A stretch of 64,000 bases of DNA from an uncultured delta proteobacterium (lineage in GTDB: Bacteria; Desulfobacterota; WTBG01): NCBI GenBank assembly GCA_963793865.1, contig CAWCBP010000008.1, forward strand, positions 256,001-320,000. The letters run 5' to 3'. Made by a program: the position numbers and the translations under genes. The notes beneath the pieces were generated by a model. It worked only from the letters and a program-made list of their open reading frames with translations. It did not search any database and had not been told where the DNA came from. Numbering within the stretch: position 1 is the stretch's first letter; the number at the start of each line of letters is the position of its first letter. This document shows positions 61,563 to 64,000 of the stretch, piece after piece.

Positions 61563-63707
61563 ATGTATTACAGAATCTTCGGTCTTGTGCTGGTTGCGGT
61601 GTTCTGCGGCGCCCTCATCTTCCCGCCGGGGGCCTGTTCCCAGGTGACCCTCACGGTAGGAGAAGGCACGGGCGGGCCTGGTTCCTGCGCGTCGCCGGTC
61701 GCGGTGAGCCTGGCGAATCCCGGGGTCATGGTGAAGGGTGTTTCCATGGATCTCTGCGAGGCCAACAATACCCTTATACGCCTGGGGTGCGATACCACCC
61801 CTCGGACCCCCGCATACGCGGGAGGGAACGCCGACTTCAGCTGCATCAGCAACGAGCTTGATAACGGCTGCGTGCGGGTGCTTTTGTTCTCCAACCGGGG
61901 CAGCCTGATCGACATGGGCTCGGGCCCGGTGTTTGCCCTTAAATACGGTGTGTTTGAAGAAGCAGGCCCTGCCGGCAGCTGCGTTGAGTTACGGGCGGAA
62001 AACGTGCTGGTCGCCGGTGTGAGCGGTCCGCTTGCAAATGTCGCGGTGGTGGCCGGGAATTTCTGTTATTATGAGTGCGATGTTGATGGCGACTGCAATG
62101 ACAGCCTCTATTGCAACGGCATCGAAACCTGCATCGGCGGCGCGTGTCAGCCGGGGATGAGTCCCTGCCCGGATGACGGCCTCTTCTGCACCGGATCCGA
62201 AGGATGCGACGAGGCGACGGATGCCTGCACCCTGAGCGTCAATCCATGCAGGGTTGCGTGCGATGAGACCAATAATGCCTGTACCTGCGCGGCTGACGGT
62301 GATTGTGACGACGGGCTATACTGTAACGGTGTTGAGACCTGCGATGGTCAGTTCTGCGTGCCGGGCACCAGCCCCTGTCCTCCCTCCAGCATTTGTACTG
62401 AGGACGGGGACTTCTGCGCGGAGTGCCTTAATGATGCTGATTGCGGTGACGGGCTTTACTGCAACGGCATTGAGACCTGTGTCGGGGGTTCCTGCCGGGA
62501 ATCAACACCCCCCTGTCCGTCCCTTTCAACCTGCGATGAAGCGAATGATCTCTGCTCGTGCACCGACAACGCGCAGTGCGATGACGGGCTCTACTGCAAC
62601 GGTGTGGAGCGGTGCAGCTTCAACCGCTGCGACATAAGCTTCAGCTATTTTTCCGATTACCCCTGCAGGGACTGCAACCCGTCACTTGAAGACTGCGATT
62701 GCCAGGAGTCCAACGATGCCTGCCTGCCGGTCATCCTCTCGGCGGGAAGCGGCTCCGGTGCGCCCGGTTCAGCCGGCAATGCCGTGGCGGTAAGCGTTGA
62801 CACGCTCTTTATCGATGTTAACACGATCCAGGCAGACATCTGCGATGAAGGCAATTATCTCTCCTGCAGCGGATGCAGCAGCGCCGGCCGGACGCCTTCC
62901 GGATACAGTTGCCTGACCGCGGAGCGGCCGGACGGGTGTTGCAGGATAACCCTCATCGATTTAAGCGGCAGCACCATTGATGCGGGATCAGGGCCGGTCA
63001 TTTCCGTTGATTACACGGTCAATGCCGGGGCGCCTGCCGGTGAATGCAGGACACTCAATGTGCTCAATGAAATCGTGGCCACCTTGAATGTGCCCCTTGC
63101 GGTCAACACGGCATCCGGCCAGTTCTGCTTTGATTCCGGTTTCGCAGGGGCATCGGCATCCGCCGGCGCTTCCGGCGGTTCGCTCCTGTCGGCGGGCAAT
63201 GTTGCGGGCGTCCCCGCTGTAAGCGGAACGGGATCATCGCAAGCAGGGGCGGTAGTTTCAGCAGACCCGGCCGCGGGGCAGGATGGCAGCCGGGAAGCGC
63301 TCGAAACTTCAGCGGCCTGTCCCATTGCCGCCTCGATTGATGATCAGGGGCAGCTTGCCACCCTGAGAAGTTTCAGGGACAACGTCCTGTCAAAAAATAT
63401 CTTCGGGCAGATTTTTACCTTCATATTTTACCGGAACGCGGCCGAACTGACAGCGATCCTCGATCAGAACGATGATATAAGAGAGCGGTTGAAGACCCTG
63501 GTGGATGAGTACATCTCCGTGATCGGAGAGGCGGCGCGTGGCGAAACTGCCTGCGTCGGGGATAAGGACAGGGCGGTTGTTATTGATCTCCTGAATGATA
63601 TCAAGGACAAGGGAAGCCTCCAGCTTAAGACCGATATCGACCTGGTAATTGAAGGGATGGTCTCGAGCAGCGCGGAGGAGGTTTTTGGAATTGCCGTGGA
63701 GAAGTAA
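61563..63707 (+). CDS. Secreted Cys-rich protein: cohesin-like, Cys repeats, cohesin-like, Gly/Ala/Ser linker, CFI-box-CTERM-like domain
   Basis: Signal peptide; VTLTVGEGTG..VAVSLAN..VSMDLCE; five CxD[DG]GL[YF]C[NT]G repeats; C-terminal CPIAAS...LATLRSFRDNVL...GQIF..IFY. Confidence 0.8.
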   Translation: MYYRIFGLVLVAVFCGALIFPPGACSQVTLTVGEGTGGPGSCASPVAVSLANPGVMVKGVSMDLCEANNTLIRLGCDTTPRTPAYAGGNADFSCISNELDNGCVRVLLFSNRGSLIDMGSGPVFALKYGVFEEAGPAGSCVELRAENVLVAGVSGPLANVAVVAGNFCYYECDVDGDCNDSLYCNGIETCIGGACQPGMSPCPDDGLFCTGSEGCDEATDACTLSVNPCRVACDETNNACTCAADGDCDDGLYCNGVETCDGQFCVPGTSPCPPSSICTEDGDFCAECLNDADCGDGLYCNGIETCVGGSCRESTPPCPSLSTCDEANDLCSCTDNAQCDDGLYCNGVERCSFNRCDISFSYFSDYPCRDCNPSLEDCDCQESNDACLPVILSAGSGSGAPGSAGNAVAVSVDTLFIDVNTIQADICDEGNYLSCSGCSSAGRTPSGYSCLTAERPDGCCRITLIDLSGSTIDAGSGPVISVDYTVNAGAPAGECRTLNVLNEIVATLNVPLAVNTASGQFCFDSGFAGASASAGASGGSLLSAGNVAGVPAVSGTGSSQAGAVVSADPAAGQDGSREALETSAACPIAASIDDQGQLATLRSFRDNVLSKNIFGQIFTFIFYRNAAELTAILDQNDDIRERLKTLVDEYISVIGEAARGETACVGDKDRAVVIDLLNDIKDKGSLQLKTDIDLVIEGMVSSSAEEVFGIAVEK

Positions 63708-63713
63708 AAGAGA

Positions 63714-63835
63714 GGGTGCAGGGGTCAGGGGACAGGGTACAGGGAAAAAAGTTTACAGTTGACGGTTTACAGTTTATAGTGGGAAGAAAAGGCTCCGAAT
63801 GAAAGAGTGATGCCTGTAAACTGAAAACTGACAAC
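63714..63835. repeat. Degenerate heptamer tracts
   Basis: gggtgcaggggtcaggggacagggtacaggg; tttacagttgacggtttacagtt ... ctgtaaactgaaaactgacaac. Confidence 0.6.
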
Positions 63836-64000
63836 GTTCACCACAAAGCACGAAGAAAAAACAAACTGCGGAGAACACGAAGAAAATAGACACAGATTGA
63901 AAATTGACCCAAAGAATTCATTCCCGATCATTGTAATCCTCTCCCCCCGCCGGGGGAGGGGATTTTTTTGTAATTTCGAAGGAGCATGGGCGACGAAGCA

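Noticed and set aside
56580..62720. Cys-rich repeats as multiheme cytochrome or Fe-S proteins
   Set aside because: No regular CxxCH array; the repeats are CxDGLxCNG-type in secreted proteins, consistent with disulfides.
51959..63707. A true cellulosome
   Set aside because: No glycoside hydrolase or CBM3 motif is recognisable here, although dockerin-bearing enzymes elsewhere in the genome cannot be excluded.
1..64000. CRISPR array, tRNA or rRNA
   Set aside because: No regularly spaced repeat-spacer array, cas gene, cloverleaf or rRNA-like sequence seen.

Overview
The window has two linked halves and looks like a Desulfobacterota/deltaproteobacterial genome (inferred from the repeat families, riboswitch and gene content). 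It carries many apparent indel errors, so several genes are split in the ORF track. (1) ~0.3-50.9 kb is a very large cell-envelope glycosylation and tailoring locus. It has about ten multi-TM GT-C-like proteins (GT87, ArnT/PMT-like), three polyprenol-phosphate GT2 synthase domains, five B12-binding radical SAM enzymes, a CDP-glucose pathway (rfbF/rfbG-like), two sulfatase-fold enzymes with Thr at the nucleophile position, an acyltransferase, methyltransferases, and a DUF4956-VTC-DUF4956-CotH-metallophosphoesterase module. It is interrupted by a Y1/RAYT-type HUH transposase gene bounded by perfect 25-bp inverted repeats and by a small MITE. (2) ~51.4-63.7 kb is a sigma70 promoter, a ~560-nt structured leader with a c-di-GMP-I (GEMM) riboswitch and overlapping terminator (predicted ON switch), then six secreted, mostly cysteine-rich proteins. 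These are built from cohesin-like domains, two distinct dockerin-like modules, Cys-rich repeats, a Thr-rich linker and a CFI-box-CTERM-like tail, with no recognisable catalytic domain. The best candidate for an undescribed system is this c-di-GMP-controlled, disulfide-rich, non-cellulosomal cohesin/dockerin scaffold, possibly glycosylated by the adjacent locus. All family calls are from motif recognition by eye; no searches were run.
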